DNA of 64,000 nt. Origin: Lingula anatina (lineage: Eukaryota; Animalia; Brachiopoda). A model generated the notes under the pieces. It worked only from the letters and a program-made list of their open reading frames with translations. It was not told where the DNA came from and did no database searches. Location: the NCBI GenBank assembly GCA_051362555.1, contig CM120641.1:28030401-28094400 (forward strand). Reading direction: 5' to 3'. How positions within the stretch are numbered: position 1 is the stretch's first letter; each line of letters opens with the position of its first letter. Below are positions 1-13,067 of this stretch, piece by piece. The translations under genes were made by a program, and so were the position numbers.

Positions 1-1929
1 TATGTCACTACCAGCTTTTGGGTGTCATACTGCATATAATTTGACTGCATATATCCCTGGTGACTTAGTGGGAGTATAATGATGACAATTCAATTTGATT
101 TTTCTAAAACTGTAAACAGTGACTCTCAGTGGATCAGGAAAACAGTGACAGTTAGCAGTGTTAACCACTGGACCCAAACCAGATGCCAGAAAAAAAAAAA
201 CAAACTGTGACAGTAAAATTCTGATAAGTTTCTACTAGTCATTGATGTCTAGACCCTGATGTCCCACAGGACCAGGACTTAATTTATTGTTCTTAATCTT
301 GCAAAATCATAACAATGTATGATCAAGCAAAGAATTCATTTATAATGAAATTCAAATCTGTGATACATTTTTTCTTGATTTTTTTCCACTGTTATGTACA
401 TTGTTTCAATATAGAAAAAATTAAGCAAAGTGTCAGAATACCCCTCCCCTGCTGCATACATAAAATCTTTAAATTATTAGTTTTAAAATGTTGCTTTTAA
501 AGAAGGCTTCAGGTGAAACTTCATGGTTACTGTAGATTTGTAATGCAAATCCTCTGGGAATAGTCCGTCTTAGTGTTACAACCCTTGTGGTACAAGGTAC
601 AAAAAGTTAAAAGCTGAGTTTTTAATCATCCAGCAGAATAGAATCAAGAACCAATGTTGTGGTCTCGACCTGAGACCCTTCACAAGCTATAGGTAATGAC
701 CTGGATGGATTGATCATATCATTCAGTGTCACAGCTAGAAAAGTCCATTGCCTCTTCTCAGTGTCAGCAGACACAGATCTTCGACCGACTTCCAGAAACC
801 AGTCGGAATTTTTTCACGAGTGTGTTGATAGTCATTCCGAGTCGCGAGTCCTCATATTGATAAAATATTGAAATATCTCCCTTCGGTCACTATGCCGTTG
901 TCACTGAGTGAGTCTACAGCTGTCAGCCTGTCACTAAATTTATAACGTAGATCTGATAAGACTTCATAATGAATGGATATAGATTACATGGGTGTGGAAG
1001 GAGTGAATAGACAGAGTACATACCAGGAAATACAAAATAAGTATGCTAATGCATGATTTGTGCTAGTTAAATGGTGGAAAGTGAAATGGAATTACATGGC
1101 ATAGTTTCCTGGAGGAAACACAGGACTTCAAGGTTAAACAATATTGCCACCAAGATCTCATTAACAATAAAACCCTACAATAGAAGTACTTGGTATTGAG
1201 ATTTCCTTCTAAAATTTGGCAATGCAATTACAATTGTTTTAATACTGTTACAAAACACTGAACTAAGTTAAGGTTCATAAGTCTTCTAAAAATTTTATCT
1301 TATGGTTCACAAGTCTTCTAAAAATTCTCTCCAAATTCCACAAATGGTTCCATAGAACCTCAATCATTTTATATTTCTAAAAAAAAGTTCTGTTGCCTAA
1401 ATAAAGGTGAAATGAGTTTTTGCCACAAATTAAGGGGGTTTTGTATTATAAAACATTAAGAGATATGCAGTTTCAAGCTTAGGCATTTTTATTTCATTCT
1501 CATATTCCCAAACTGCTTTGAAAACGAGTGTTTCACTTAAAAACACTTCCTGAGGCAATGAAGTAGTTGCAAAAAGTATGCTTGACACATACAAAGCTGA
1601 CTGGCTCATAATATGAAATGCATAAGAGGTATACAAATCTGTATATCATTTTGAAAGTAGACATGAAATGCATGAAAATAAAACAAAGAAATAACTTGAA
1701 GCTGTTAAACTGTTGTTTAACACTGTTGTAAAGACAGGTTGCAGCACAAAGCTACACAATTCATTTGTCTTCTAAACAAAGTAAAAACTTAAAATTTTCA
1801 CTTAATCAACAAATGTTTACCCTGCTGTAGAGGTATGGCATGAAACGTACAGCTTATGTCTTCCAAAACATAACAGTATAAATTGGGCTAAAGGCTGTTT
1901 ACAATCACAGTATTTTGACAGTTAAACAG

Positions 1930-4900
1930 TCAGTATCCTCCTCTTCCCCTGCCACCACGCCCTCCTCGATATCCGCCTCCACCTCTGCCCCAGTTACCAC
2001 CACTTTGAGGCCGATCACCTGACCATCCTCCTTGGACACGCCCACCTCGGCCACCACGCCCACCTGCAGCTAAAATGCAAAGAAAACACAGGAAAATTGC
2101 AATGAAACATGTTTATTTGGTTCAGAATTATAATATCCTATTTTACAGAGGAAAAGATTAAAATTCAGTCCAGACAATTATGTCCAGTGCTTTTTATCAG
2201 AAGCAAACAGTAATGGGAATTTTCACTTTGTAATTTTCATCTCAAGTATGTGCTTACTTTGTGGTCTTTGTCCTCTGGGAGCTTCTTGTCTCTTTTGAAA
2301 AAATGGCATGTCTGGTGGTGGGGGCTGCAGCTCCCAAGCACGACCACCTCTGTCTGGCACCTGCCAGAGAAAATAACAGAAAAACTTAAGTCAATCATTT
2401 TCCAAGGAATCCCAATAATCATAGAAACAAAAACTGGAGTTTAAAACTGATCCCAAACTGACTCCACATGGACTTTTTTTCTTGCAATTCAAATCCCATT
2501 TTAACCTATGAGTCAGTGACCTCAATATTTAGGTTCAAGATAAATGTTAAACTATAGTAAGAAAATGCTCTGTGGTAAAAGGAGGCTTGTTTGTAGAGAG
2601 TCTTTATGGCGGTAGAATAAAGCGTGTTCAGACATATTAGAGTGTTTAACAAGTGGTAGCAGAGCTAGATTAAAAACAATTGTGACTACAAGCATGGCGA
2701 CAAGAGTTAATATTCCCATTGTCTCCAAGGAGAAAACATATGACTTATACAAGCAGGAATTAGAAGTGTGGGACAGCATTACAGAGTTGGCTAAAGCAAA
2801 AAGAGGTGTAGCAGTAGCCCTGAGCTTGCCAGAGAAGCACAAAAACATCTGAGAAAAGGTATTTGATCAGTTGACACTTGATGACCTAAAGCAGGACACT
2901 GTGTTTCAAATGTTGCTGACATTTCTTGACACTCACTTAGTGGAAGATGACCTCGCTGATTCATTATAAAAGTTTGAAACATTTGAAGACTATGAGAGAC
3001 AGGAGGGACAGACAGTGAGCGAGTATATCATCATATTTGACAGTAAATTCAAGAAAATTGAAAAGAGATACATTCTACAAGCAGTAGGAGAAACTTTAGT
3101 TAACTTGTAAAAATAATTAACTTTACAGCCGTTCATGCTTTATCAGTCAAATATCAAGGACAACAGGCTCATTATTGTTTTCATTAGTTTATTTCTTAAT
3201 TACTACCTAAAAAAAAAAAAAGAAATTATAGTTAGTGTCAAACCATAGTTAGAAAATGCTCTCCGGTAAAAGGAGGCTCGTTTGAAGAGACTTTATGGCG
3301 GTAGAATAAAACATATTCAGACATATTAGAGTGTTTTTAAACATACATGTTTATAATATGAGAGCATGCCTTTAGAGATATTTGAAATCTATGACAGTCG
3401 ATTATCACAACTGAGGAAATGATACATCATAAAGATAAACATACAGCAACTACACAGTAACTAGTTGGAAAAAGAACACTTACGGAACCCATCATGATTT
3501 TGTTGATTGCACACTTCATCCTGGCATCACCACTGCTCGTCTTCTGGATTGATATCAAATCTGAAAAGCACATATACCAATGTGAAATGGCAGTTTCTTC
3601 CATTTTTAAATAATGGGTTGTAAAAATGGGTTGTAAAAGGAATAACCTTCCATAATGAAAGAAAAAGAAATGTGTTAAACTACTGAAACCGGAATTTTCT
3701 TTAGCCTAGCTTGATGTTTCATGATATATACTTCAGCATTTGATAAAAATACATAATAAAAGTTATCATAATTTAAATCAATGAACAAAATGTGAATACC
3801 ATCTCTTGCAGCCAATATTTCTGCTATTCCAAGTTCCTTTCTAGCTGACAAATGCCTTCTAAGAGGTTGATATGCAGCAGCCACCTCATTTTCTTTTGAC
3901 TGAAATTAATGTTTAAGTCAATGATAACATAATTGTAAGAATCTGAATTTCACATTTATAAACTACTGTTTAAGAAATACTCTTTTGTTGAATAAAATCA
4001 AAATCGTAGAACATTTGCACTTTTTCAAATAAAACATCGATGCAAAAGTCCTATGCCTTTGACTTCACATTAAAACTATGATTGCTTTATAAATGAAAAT
4101 TATCAAACACAAGCTGAAATACTTTCGTACTTTCAGCCAGGACCCTCTTATAAATGTCAGGTACGTCGACCCCCCCCCCCCCCCCCCTCCCCCATTCATG
4201 GGTGGCCAGTGACGGCTGATGTTGATAGCCTCTCGTATCTTATACGGGATGTCAGATATGACTCAGATTCAAGGATCTTAGTTGAATTCCAGTCAATACT
4301 GTGGCAGGTGTCTATTACAAGTTCAGAAATGGCAGAGCTGGTATTGCCTGCAGTCACTGATTTTCTGCCGTAAGTTAATGGTATTAAAGTATTTTGGCTT
4401 GTGTTTGATAATTCTCATTTATGATCCAATTACTAAGCTAATGAACATTTTTGCTCATTTATGATTGCTAAATTTTCATGATACATCTTCTCAACCTTAC
4501 CTTGGCCCGGTCTGACCATTTAAAAGACTGAATGGTTACATCCAATCGAGTGAGAAGCATCTCTCTCCTCAGTCCATATTCTTGCTGCAGAGCTTCAGAA
4601 ATTGACTGAATGGACTGCCATTGTTTCTCAGTCAGTTTAGCTTTCAGAAGAGGTTTACCCATGTGACTAGGAGAAACTTTGCCTATTAATTCCCTAACCT
4701 GACAAGCAAACATAAGCACTGATTACATACCCGGTACAAATATCTTATTATATTCAACTGTAGCTGTTAGCAATTACTGCAGTAAACCTTCAATATTCCA
4801 AAATTGCACAGAAAGTACAGTTAAAATTGATATTTTAGTTTTTTCCAATATTTAGGATGGACTTTGTTACGCAGTTTTCATACCTTCTGTTCCACTTTGC

Positions 4901-7754
4901 TGAAAAGCTGGAATGGTGTTATATTAGGAGGTGGCTTTGGAAATCCTAGGGCAATTAACATACTCTTCAGATGGCGGGCACTGTCACTTTCAGCCTTGAT
5001 ATAACATAGAATATATAGAAACACTTATTCATTTGAAGATATTGATCGTGCAAATGGACTAGACAGTAACACTGGCAAATATGTGGTCATTTAACAAAGG
5101 TAATAACTGAAGTTATTCTATAGTTACAAACATCTGTGAATGTGCACTGACCTCATAAATAACGTAAGTTTGTCTCCAAATGTAAGGCTTAATTTTGACT
5201 GGTGGAGAACCCTGTAAGCCTATACCCACTAAAGTGGTGATGACATAAGAGACATTTGATCACAAAAAGATTGGATTTGGGTATAGGGAAAGACAATACC
5301 CCTTCAAAATTACTACTGGGAGCTGTCACAAAGAAAATGCAATTTAGAAATTGAATGCAAATGGTGCCAATACATGTACCTCATTTTCAACTTCCATTGG
5401 AGAGGTGGAATTAGAGGAAGACAGCAAGCTAGGCTTGTTTACTGCAATCATCCTGACTGCTTGGAGTTCTGTGCAGAGAAAATCTGAGAAAAAGGTATAA
5501 TGAACTGTTATCTATTTATTGTATTTGCATTTAAGCAAAGTGACACAATAAGCAAAGCAAAAAAACCTAAATAGTACTTCATGTCTTAATTGAGAAAATG
5601 CTCAATTGAGAATTTTTTTAAAATATGATCAAATTGTGAAAATCACTAACCCCTTAACCCTTTTTTTTTTTTTTTTTTGAGATAGAACTTTTAGTTGGTT
5701 TTTATACTTTTGAAGGTTATATGTCCAGGACACAGATACCATGAAATGCCTCTATTAAATTTGCTGGGCAGTATTGTCTTTCAACTCAAAAATGGTTCTC
5801 ATTTTACCTAGCAATAATAGCCGGTTTTCTTTAGTTGCAAGCCTTTGACTTAAAGGCCCTTCTGATAATCCCTTGTGTGGACAACCTGAAAACGAAATAA
5901 AAAGGAATCAGCTACATGAATACATGCAGTAATTCTTACTCTCATTTTAAAAATACCTATCAAATATAAAGAATTTTCACTTTTAAATAAAAAGAATGAC
6001 ATCTTTTTTCTTACCTCCTTTATTCAAATATGTTCTCAAACTATGAGAATATTTCGTCAAAATGTCACTAATTTTTAACATTTAGCTAGAATACTGTTTT
6101 TTGTTTGTAAAGCGGAAGTATACCCACCATACTCCCTTAAAAACCCACTGAGCTCCAGCATAAAGTGTTCAACATCGTCCTGACCTTCAGATGAAACATT
6201 GCCAATTAGTTACAGTATGCATATTCATGAAGAATAAAGAAAGGTTTTTAAATATTTTCCAAAAATTGTACATTACACCTACCAGATTCAAATCTATTGT
6301 TAGCATTAGTATAATTATAATAGTGCATGCAATGTCAACAAACCGACACTTACATAAATAACAAAAAATCAGTCTTGAGAACATGATGTTAGTTATCATA
6401 ATCATCAACATCATCATCATTCAAAGCCTAACGTGTTCCACTGGTGGACAAAGGCCTCAGCATACTTCATCCAGTATATTTTGTCTTGGGCTTAGGGCTT
6501 CCATTTTTTTTTTAAGTACTCGTCTAACACTTCCCTCCATCTGACGAGGCTTTTTTTGTTTCCTATGAGCATATCATATTTACACTGGATATTGGTTACA
6601 TTACTACTTTAATTTCTATTACACAAGCTGTACCTTTGATAGCATTAACCACTTCATCAAGTTTGCAAAATCCACCAATTTCCTTGGTCAGCCATTCTAC
6701 AAGTTGGGTGTATTCTGCCGACTGTGGGCCACCCTCTATAGCCTGTCTAAAGCCATCTTCATCTAATAGAGAGCCCTCGTAACTAAAATAATGTGTGAAA
6801 TTGATTAAATTAAAACATGAAAATGTTATCAAAATCTTATATTTTCATCATAATGAGTATAATAATATGATCTTTTAATAAGAAAAGTATCCTTTTCAGC
6901 GATACAAGCTCATCCAGTCCAACTATGTAAGTTGTTCTACATTCCATAAGTTTAAGAAGAAAATATGTGGTTTCTATTCCTGGTAAACATTCTAAAGAAC
7001 CATTTAGTATTAGAAAGATTTATTGTACTAAAAAAATGAAAATTTCACAAACTTAAAAAAAATATGGGGAAATTTTACCAATATGTTTGAGATGAACTCC
7101 TCATTTAGTATTTGTTTGTTTCCCAAAAAAAAGTACTTATATTTCTCGACTGTTTCAGTGTACAGTGTAACTGTGTGTCCTACTATTTTGAGGCATATCA
7201 TTCACAAATAAAGTCAACAAAGTTCACGAACCAGTTTCATAATGTTTTACTTATTTTTATTCCAGTTATGCAGTAGTGTTAGCACTCACGCAAGCCACTC
7301 CATATAGTTACGGGAGTTTCTAACACAGGGTGTTGCCCATTAAGCCAATATCATGAGGCCTTGCTCGTGTAGCACGAAAACTAAGGCAAATGTTTGTTGG
7401 GGAAATGGTTTTTTGCCCCCCCCCCCCCCCTCCCGCCCGCCTCAAAATTTAGGAGGTCAGGGTCTACTGCATACGCTTTTCAAGATACATTGTATCATTT
7501 TGTTTTTCTAATATTGCTGATATCTGTGTGTTAAATTTCAGTCTTATCAGAATAAAAAAACGTGTGAACAATACTACTACTAGTGAATCATGAAAGTCAA
7601 AATCACTGTCTGTGTACGATATAGCTATTTTCTGCAATGACAACAACAGCTGTATAAAAGAAATCGTATGTTGTAAAGAGTCATGAAATGTGCATTATAT
7701 ATATATATATGCTTACCCCAAGTCATCCAAAGAGTCCAACACGTCGTTTTCCAT
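1930..7754 (-). CDS. FAM98: FAM98 family protein (FAM98A/B-like, C-terminal RGG tail), 11 exons, ~382-384 aa
   Basis: Exons 7754-7717, 6782-6634, 6184-6128, 5885-5808, 5483-5380, 4994-4884, 4698-4501, 3899-3800, 3560-3484, 2360-2258 and 2069/2063-1930 join in frame with GT-AG sites. Peptides MENDVLDSLDDLGYEG, EYGLRREMLLTRLDVTIQSFKWSDRAK and VPDRGGR plus the RGG-rich end match FAM98 (DUF2465). Confidence 0.95.
2545..3343 (+). mobile_element. Internally deleted Ty1/Copia LTR retrotransposon (GalEa-like) in a FAM98 intron
   Basis: Two ~107-bp TG...CA direct repeats (2545-2651 and 3236-3343, about 10 substitutions plus small indels). PBS TGGTAGCAGAGC at 2654-2665 is complementary to the 3' end of initiator tRNA-Met. 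Gag-like frame 2694-3110 (MATRVNIP...YKQELEVWDSITELAKAKRGVAVALSLP...) has two in-frame stops. Confidence 0.85.
4130..4372 (-). mobile_element. Penelope-like element fragment (GIY-YIG endonuclease C-terminus)
   Basis: Minus-strand translation SAISELVIDTCHSIDWNSTKILESES, then after a frameshift KIREAINISRHWPPMNGEGG..VPDIYKRVL. This resembles the PLE GIY-YIG C-terminal pattern (H-x-IDW...KIL...EAI.I.....MN..GG). Confidence 0.75.
6395..6570 (-). mobile_element. 3' end fragment of an RTE-clade LINE
   Basis: Translation RWREVLDEYLKKKWKP*AQDKIYWMKYAEAFVHQW followed directly by a (TGA)n tail, typical of RTE 3' ends. Confidence 0.7.
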
Positions 7755-8023
7755 TTCAGATGTGTGGAACAACTCAGGCAACGTCAAACGTGCCGGTCCA
7801 CCGGAAGTTCTACAATATTTTCTTCTAAAACAGAGAATGGGTGATGTAAGTTCTCTATGGATTTATTTTTGGAAATAAACATATAGGCAATATCAATATA
7901 TAATACTATTAAATTTGAACATTATTTTGAAATGAAAATTTTATGACGAGTAAATCGTTTAGTAATGGAAAGCAATACGATCGCAATGTATGAGAGACCA
8001 CTCTTTCTTCTGTTATAACAAAG
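7755..8023. promoter_or_regulatory. Compact bidirectional promoter FAM98/PSMD8
   Basis: Only 269 bp separate the two divergent ATGs. ETS/GABP-type CCGGAAGT at 7801-7808 and a YY1-like AAGATGGC overlapping the PSMD8 ATG. Confidence 0.75.
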
Positions 8024-9393
8024 ATGGCAGCTCTGAAAGAAGTTGTGTCGACTTATCAACAGTTAACCCAAGAATGGAACAAAAAGCCATCGGATTTAGA
8101 CAAATGTGGCGCTCTTCTTGGTAAATTAAAGGTGAGTGATACTTGGAAAATAAGTTGCCGAATGACAAATGTTAATGTTGGAGTTTTGTCTATGAAAACC
8201 GTCAAGTATCTTTTGTTCTTTGGTGACGAGGGAAATGATGTTGATATTTGCTGAATCATAATAACATTATTTAGGTATCACCGTTCATTGATACCCTGGA
8301 GAACTGGACATCATTTCATAGTTCTTGGTTACGCATTAACCTTTTGATGATTCAATTTCATCTCACCTAGGTTTATCTGCGGATAATAATTTACTGATTT
8401 CTCTAGTCTATGCTCTAGGTCTTATTCAAACTGGCACCGTCGTTGGTTAGCACGAACTATAGAGCCCATCACAATCCAACTGCTGAAAGTAAACTTGGCA
8501 GCTCAGCAGTGGGAAATAAGATTTTTCATATTAATTTTAGGTTGCATTGACGGGGCTTATGTTCTTGCCTACACAAGATACAGCAGCAACAAAACAGGAG
8601 CTCCTTGTTGCAAGTAAGTGGGTGATTGACAATACACAATTTTTGTAAAGCACTTCATAACATAATATCTTTTAATTGAAAAACCCTCTTTCTCGTGGCA
8701 TTTTTTTGGGACTTGCTTGGATTGGATTCCTTGCCAGATTCCCTGTAAATCAGTGACCAAATTACGTATTAATATTGGGACTTTTTGTACCCCAATCCTT
8801 GGGTAAACCTCGCCCACAGACATTTTCTTTAAAATGTGGTTTAACAGGCAATCCTGCATTTTTAAATTTGTGACGACATGTTTTGATTTGTAGGAGACAT
8901 TCTTGAAATTGGAGCTCAATGGGCAATAGCAAAACGCGATATTCCAACATTTGAAAGATACATGGCCCAGCTGAAGTGCTACTACTTAGATTACAAGTAA
9001 GTGGAAGAAATTCATTAGTCTTAGTTTAAGAGGAAGTCCTTGGTTGTAGAGAAAAGTCTCATAGCATTGTAATTTGTTTATTACAAGTATTGAATATCCA
9101 AACTTCATTTAGACTTGTGAAGGTTCTTTACAAGATTCTTTACAATAACAAAGCTAATAAAACTCTTCTACACCAAACTTCATTTGAATTAAATTGTTAA
9201 CATTGGTTTGCATTTTTTGAACCTGTAAAATGATGTGATATTATTTATGAAGAAAGTGAGAATTAATATATATATATATTTTTAATATATGTAGAAATGA
9301 TCTCCCCGACTCCGCATACAAGTACCAGCTCTTGGGCCTGAATCTCCTTTGTTTGCTGTCACAAAACAGACTCGCAGAATTCCACACAGTAAG

Positions 9394-9437
<44 letters not shown>

Positions 9438-12400
9438 ATTAAGAATTATAAAGAATTATCATCACAACATTAACCATTGAGAATGTAGGAGATTAAAAGC
9501 AATTTTGTAAATCAAAAATTTTTTTTCGTCACATTTTTTTGTTGGAAACTGACTGATGGTTTTCTGATATATTACATAATAATTTATGCCAATCTATTGT
9601 ATAACTCTTTGTGATGAAAAAAAAAGAACATTTATATACAATAGAAAAGATTTAAAGCACTATGTAATTACTATATCTGTTTCATATTATGCAGGAGTTG
9701 GAGTTACTGCCTGTGAAAGATCTACAAACAAATATATACATCAAGCATCCCATTTCAATGGAACAGTATTTAATGGAGGGAAGTTATAACAAGGTTAGTG
9801 AGATGTTAGTTCCTTCATCCCCTTTCCTAATTATTGTTGAATAAGGGGATCATCATGTTAAAATTAGCTAGAGGAAAAAATCCCAATTTGTTTGCACCAA
9901 CACACTGTCACCATTGACCAATTGTTTTTAACTAAATTGTACACATTGGAAAGGCAAACTACAGAGGAAATAAGTGACTTTTTTTATGTACAGACACAGA
10001 TGTGTCTGTACATATAGCCATCATCTGCGTCTGTCGTCGCCGTCGTCGCCGTCGTCACCGTCGCCGTGCACTTTTACCGATAACACGATAAGTGGAAAAC
10101 CATTTTACCTTTTGACTTGAAACTTGCATAACTGATGAATATTCATAATACGTAGGTCAAGTTCGAAAATCAGCATGATCGGGTCACTTTTAGGGAATTT
10201 ATGCTGTTTTTTCACTTTTTTCAGCATATATGCAGCACCGATAACACGATAAGTGGAAAACCATTTTACCTTTTGACTTGAAACTTACAGAACTGATGAA
10301 TATTCATAATACGCAGGTCAAGTTCGAAAATGAGCATGATCGGGTCACTTTTAGGGAATTTATGCTGTTTTTTCACTTTTTTCAGCATGTATGCAGCACC
10401 GATAACACGATAAGTGGAAAACAATTTTACCTTTTGACTTGAAACTTACAGAACTGATGAATATTCATAATACGCAGGTCAAGTTCGAAAATCAGCATGA
10501 TCGGGTCACTTTTAGGGAATTTATGCTGTTTTTTCACTATTTTCAATATAAATGCAACACTGATAACACAATATAAGAAAAACGGATTGGCCAATTGTAA
10601 TTATACTCACAGGAGTGGTCAATCTTACTAAAACGCAGGTTGAGTTCGAAAATAAGCATAATCGGGCCATTACTTAAGAAGTTATACTGTTTTTTCACAT
10701 TTCCTCAGATTCAATTATTAGGCATGTTAACAGTCTCATTATTTAACTAATAAGATGCCTAAAAGTGTTTGTTTGATATTTCCTGCATCTTTACAACATT
10801 GTTAGTTGATTATGTAAAAAACATGGTAAACTTGTTATCATGTATTGTGTAATAAAGTGTCAAAAATGGAAATAAACTCATATCATTGCAGTTTGTCATA
10901 TTCAATCATCCACTATGTTCAGAATCTCAGAATGGAGGAAATTGGACATTTAACACTGTTCTATTGATACTTTTCCCATCTCATCAATTTTCTTAGTTGG
11001 ACATATAAAAATGGCAGTAAAATGTTTATTTTGTTTTATGTTAAAAAAGTGTTAAAAATGGAAATAAACCCATTTCAGAACAGTGCTGTCTTGTTTACAT
11101 TTTGGCATTATCAAGGCGTGACTTTGAAGTTCCATGGGCCTGAAGACCTTTGCTAGTCACATTTTCTGAATATCTGTGATACAAATATTTTATAATTAAA
11201 AATTGATGGTCATTAAGCTGTTAAACATTATGTAATATTGCATCAAAATTTGAAGAAACCCCCATTTTGGGCACTGCTTCCATGATGACCATTTAAGGAA
11301 AATCATGGCACTTACTGTTCTCAAACTTACAGGATAGAAACATGGGACTAAAATACAGCTTCAGTAGGCAATGCAGTCTGTTTGGTTTTTTTTTTTTTTT
11401 TATTTTGGCAGTTAAACAGTTTTTTGTGAAAATTTAATTCTTCACATATTGGCATTTTCAAGGTGTGACTTTAAAGTTCCATGATCTTGAAGACTTTTGC
11501 TTGTCACATTTTCTGAATGTCCATGTTACTAATATTTTATTAATAACATTTGATTGTCATTATGCTGTTAAACATTATGTAATGTTGCATCAAAATTTGA
11601 AGAAACCCCTATTTTGGGCACTGCTCCTATGATGACCATTTAAGGGAAATCATGTCACTTACTGTTCTCAAACTTACAGGAAAGAAACATGGGTCTAACA
11701 TACAGCTTCAATAGGCAACGCAGTCTGTTTGGTAAATTTTTCTAGCAATTTAACAGTTTTTTGTGAAAATTTAATTTTTCACTTATTTGCATCTTTATTT
11801 TCTGTTCTTTGTCTGTACATTTGACAGCTTTGCTGCCTTGTTTAAACTGAATTTTTAAATGTAAGCTAGCATTTGTTTTTAAAGTATCTGCTGTCTGTTG
11901 TATATTGTATATTTTCACTAGTGAATGTTTATTTTCCAGATTTTTCTTGCAAAGGGGAATGTTCCAGCAGAGAGTTACAATTATTTCATGGACATCTTAT
12001 TGAACACTATCAGGTAATCATACTTATGAACTTTCCCTTACTTTCGATTTGACCAGCCCATAAGCTTGACACATAGAATGTCTCTTAACATTTCAAAAAA
12101 TTTTACTTAAGTTAGACAAAATGCAAAAGAGGACATAAGAAAGCAATGTGCAACAGTGTTGGGCATTTTGTTTGTTAACTTTAAAGAACACTAGTATCTC
12201 ACACAATGCTATGGAGTGAGATGTACCAAATTCTTGCCAACTCAAGTGAAAGAATAACTGTCGTGTCAGAAAGAAGTTGACATGGTTATGCAAAATATAA
12301 TTGTACATATTTCATGATATATTATTAGGGGTGAAATAGCCAGCTGTATGGAGAAAGCTTATGACAAGATAGCATTTAGTGAGGCAGCCAGAATGCTGTT

Positions 12401-12745
12401 TTTCGATTTCCAGAGACCTATGAAGCAGTATGCTTCAGAGGTAAGAAAACTTGTTTCCAATTCACTTCTCATTTCACATTTGAAAGTTTAGAGATACTTG
12501 ACATTATATTAAAAGTTGTATAGAAGATTCGGTGAAGTTACTTGGACTTTCAATATTCTCTTCTAATACTGAAAAGTGTGATACTAATTGTTTTAACTTC
12601 TCTTTTTCAGAGAGGTTGGGTGGTTGGTTCAGAGAACTACTTTTATTTCCAAAAAGAAGAAAAGAAAGGAGATGAAGACATACCTGCTCTAAATCTAGTA
12701 CAACAGACTATTGAATATGCCAGAGAATTAGAAATGATTGTTTAG
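8024..12745 (+). CDS. PSMD8: 26S proteasome non-ATPase regulatory subunit 8 (Rpn12), 8 exons, 265 aa
   Basis: Exons 8024-8131, 8541-8613, 8894-8996, 9295-9388, 9695-9793, 11940-12013, 12329-12440 and 12611-12745 total 798 nt in frame. Motifs [56 protein letters not shown] and [11 protein letters not shown]. Confidence 0.97.
9400..9435. repeat. (TA)n microsatellite
   Basis: Direct dinucleotide run in a PSMD8 intron. Confidence 0.95.
9980..11842 (+). mobile_element. Non-autonomous Helentron/HINE-like element with internal 161-bp tandem repeats
   Basis: 5' T-run plus hairpin ATGTACAGACAC-AGAT-GTGTCTGTACAT and a (GTC/GCC)n microsatellite. 161-bp units start at 10077, 10238 and 10399, with a diverged unit at 10560. 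There is a ~350-bp internal duplication. The 3' end has subTIR GTCTGTACAT, a short hairpin and CTTGTT. Same family as 41138-43756. Confidence 0.85.
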
Positions 12746-13024
12746 ACATTGCACATAGAAGATCCAATTCATCAGGCTAGTACTCTGTGAACTGTGCTGA
12801 TAAAGAAGCTTAATTTCACATCAATTCAATCATTGACAGTACATCTCAGTTATTGAAGAGGCGTCTTCACATATTTTATACAAGATTTAAACTAGAACCC
12901 TGTCAAAACATCACAAAAAGCTTTAATTAAGTTCAAAGATGGCATGTGAAAAGGGACACCCAGAGACCATTCAAATTTTTCAGAGCTGTATTCTTTGTCG
13001 TACATACTGCATAACATTTTCAAA

Positions 13025-13067
13025 AATAAATTTAAAAACGATGTACAAGAATAGAGTTTTATTTATT
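13025..13067. terminator. Opposed polyadenylation signals for PSMD8 (+) and probably MAP1LC3C (-)
   Basis: AATAAA on + at 13025-13030. AATAAA on - at 13058-13063 and 13062-13067. Confidence 0.5.

Noticed and set aside
720-940. Degenerate inverted repeats suggesting a MITE
   Set aside because: The arms are too diverged, and there is no TSD or second copy in the window.
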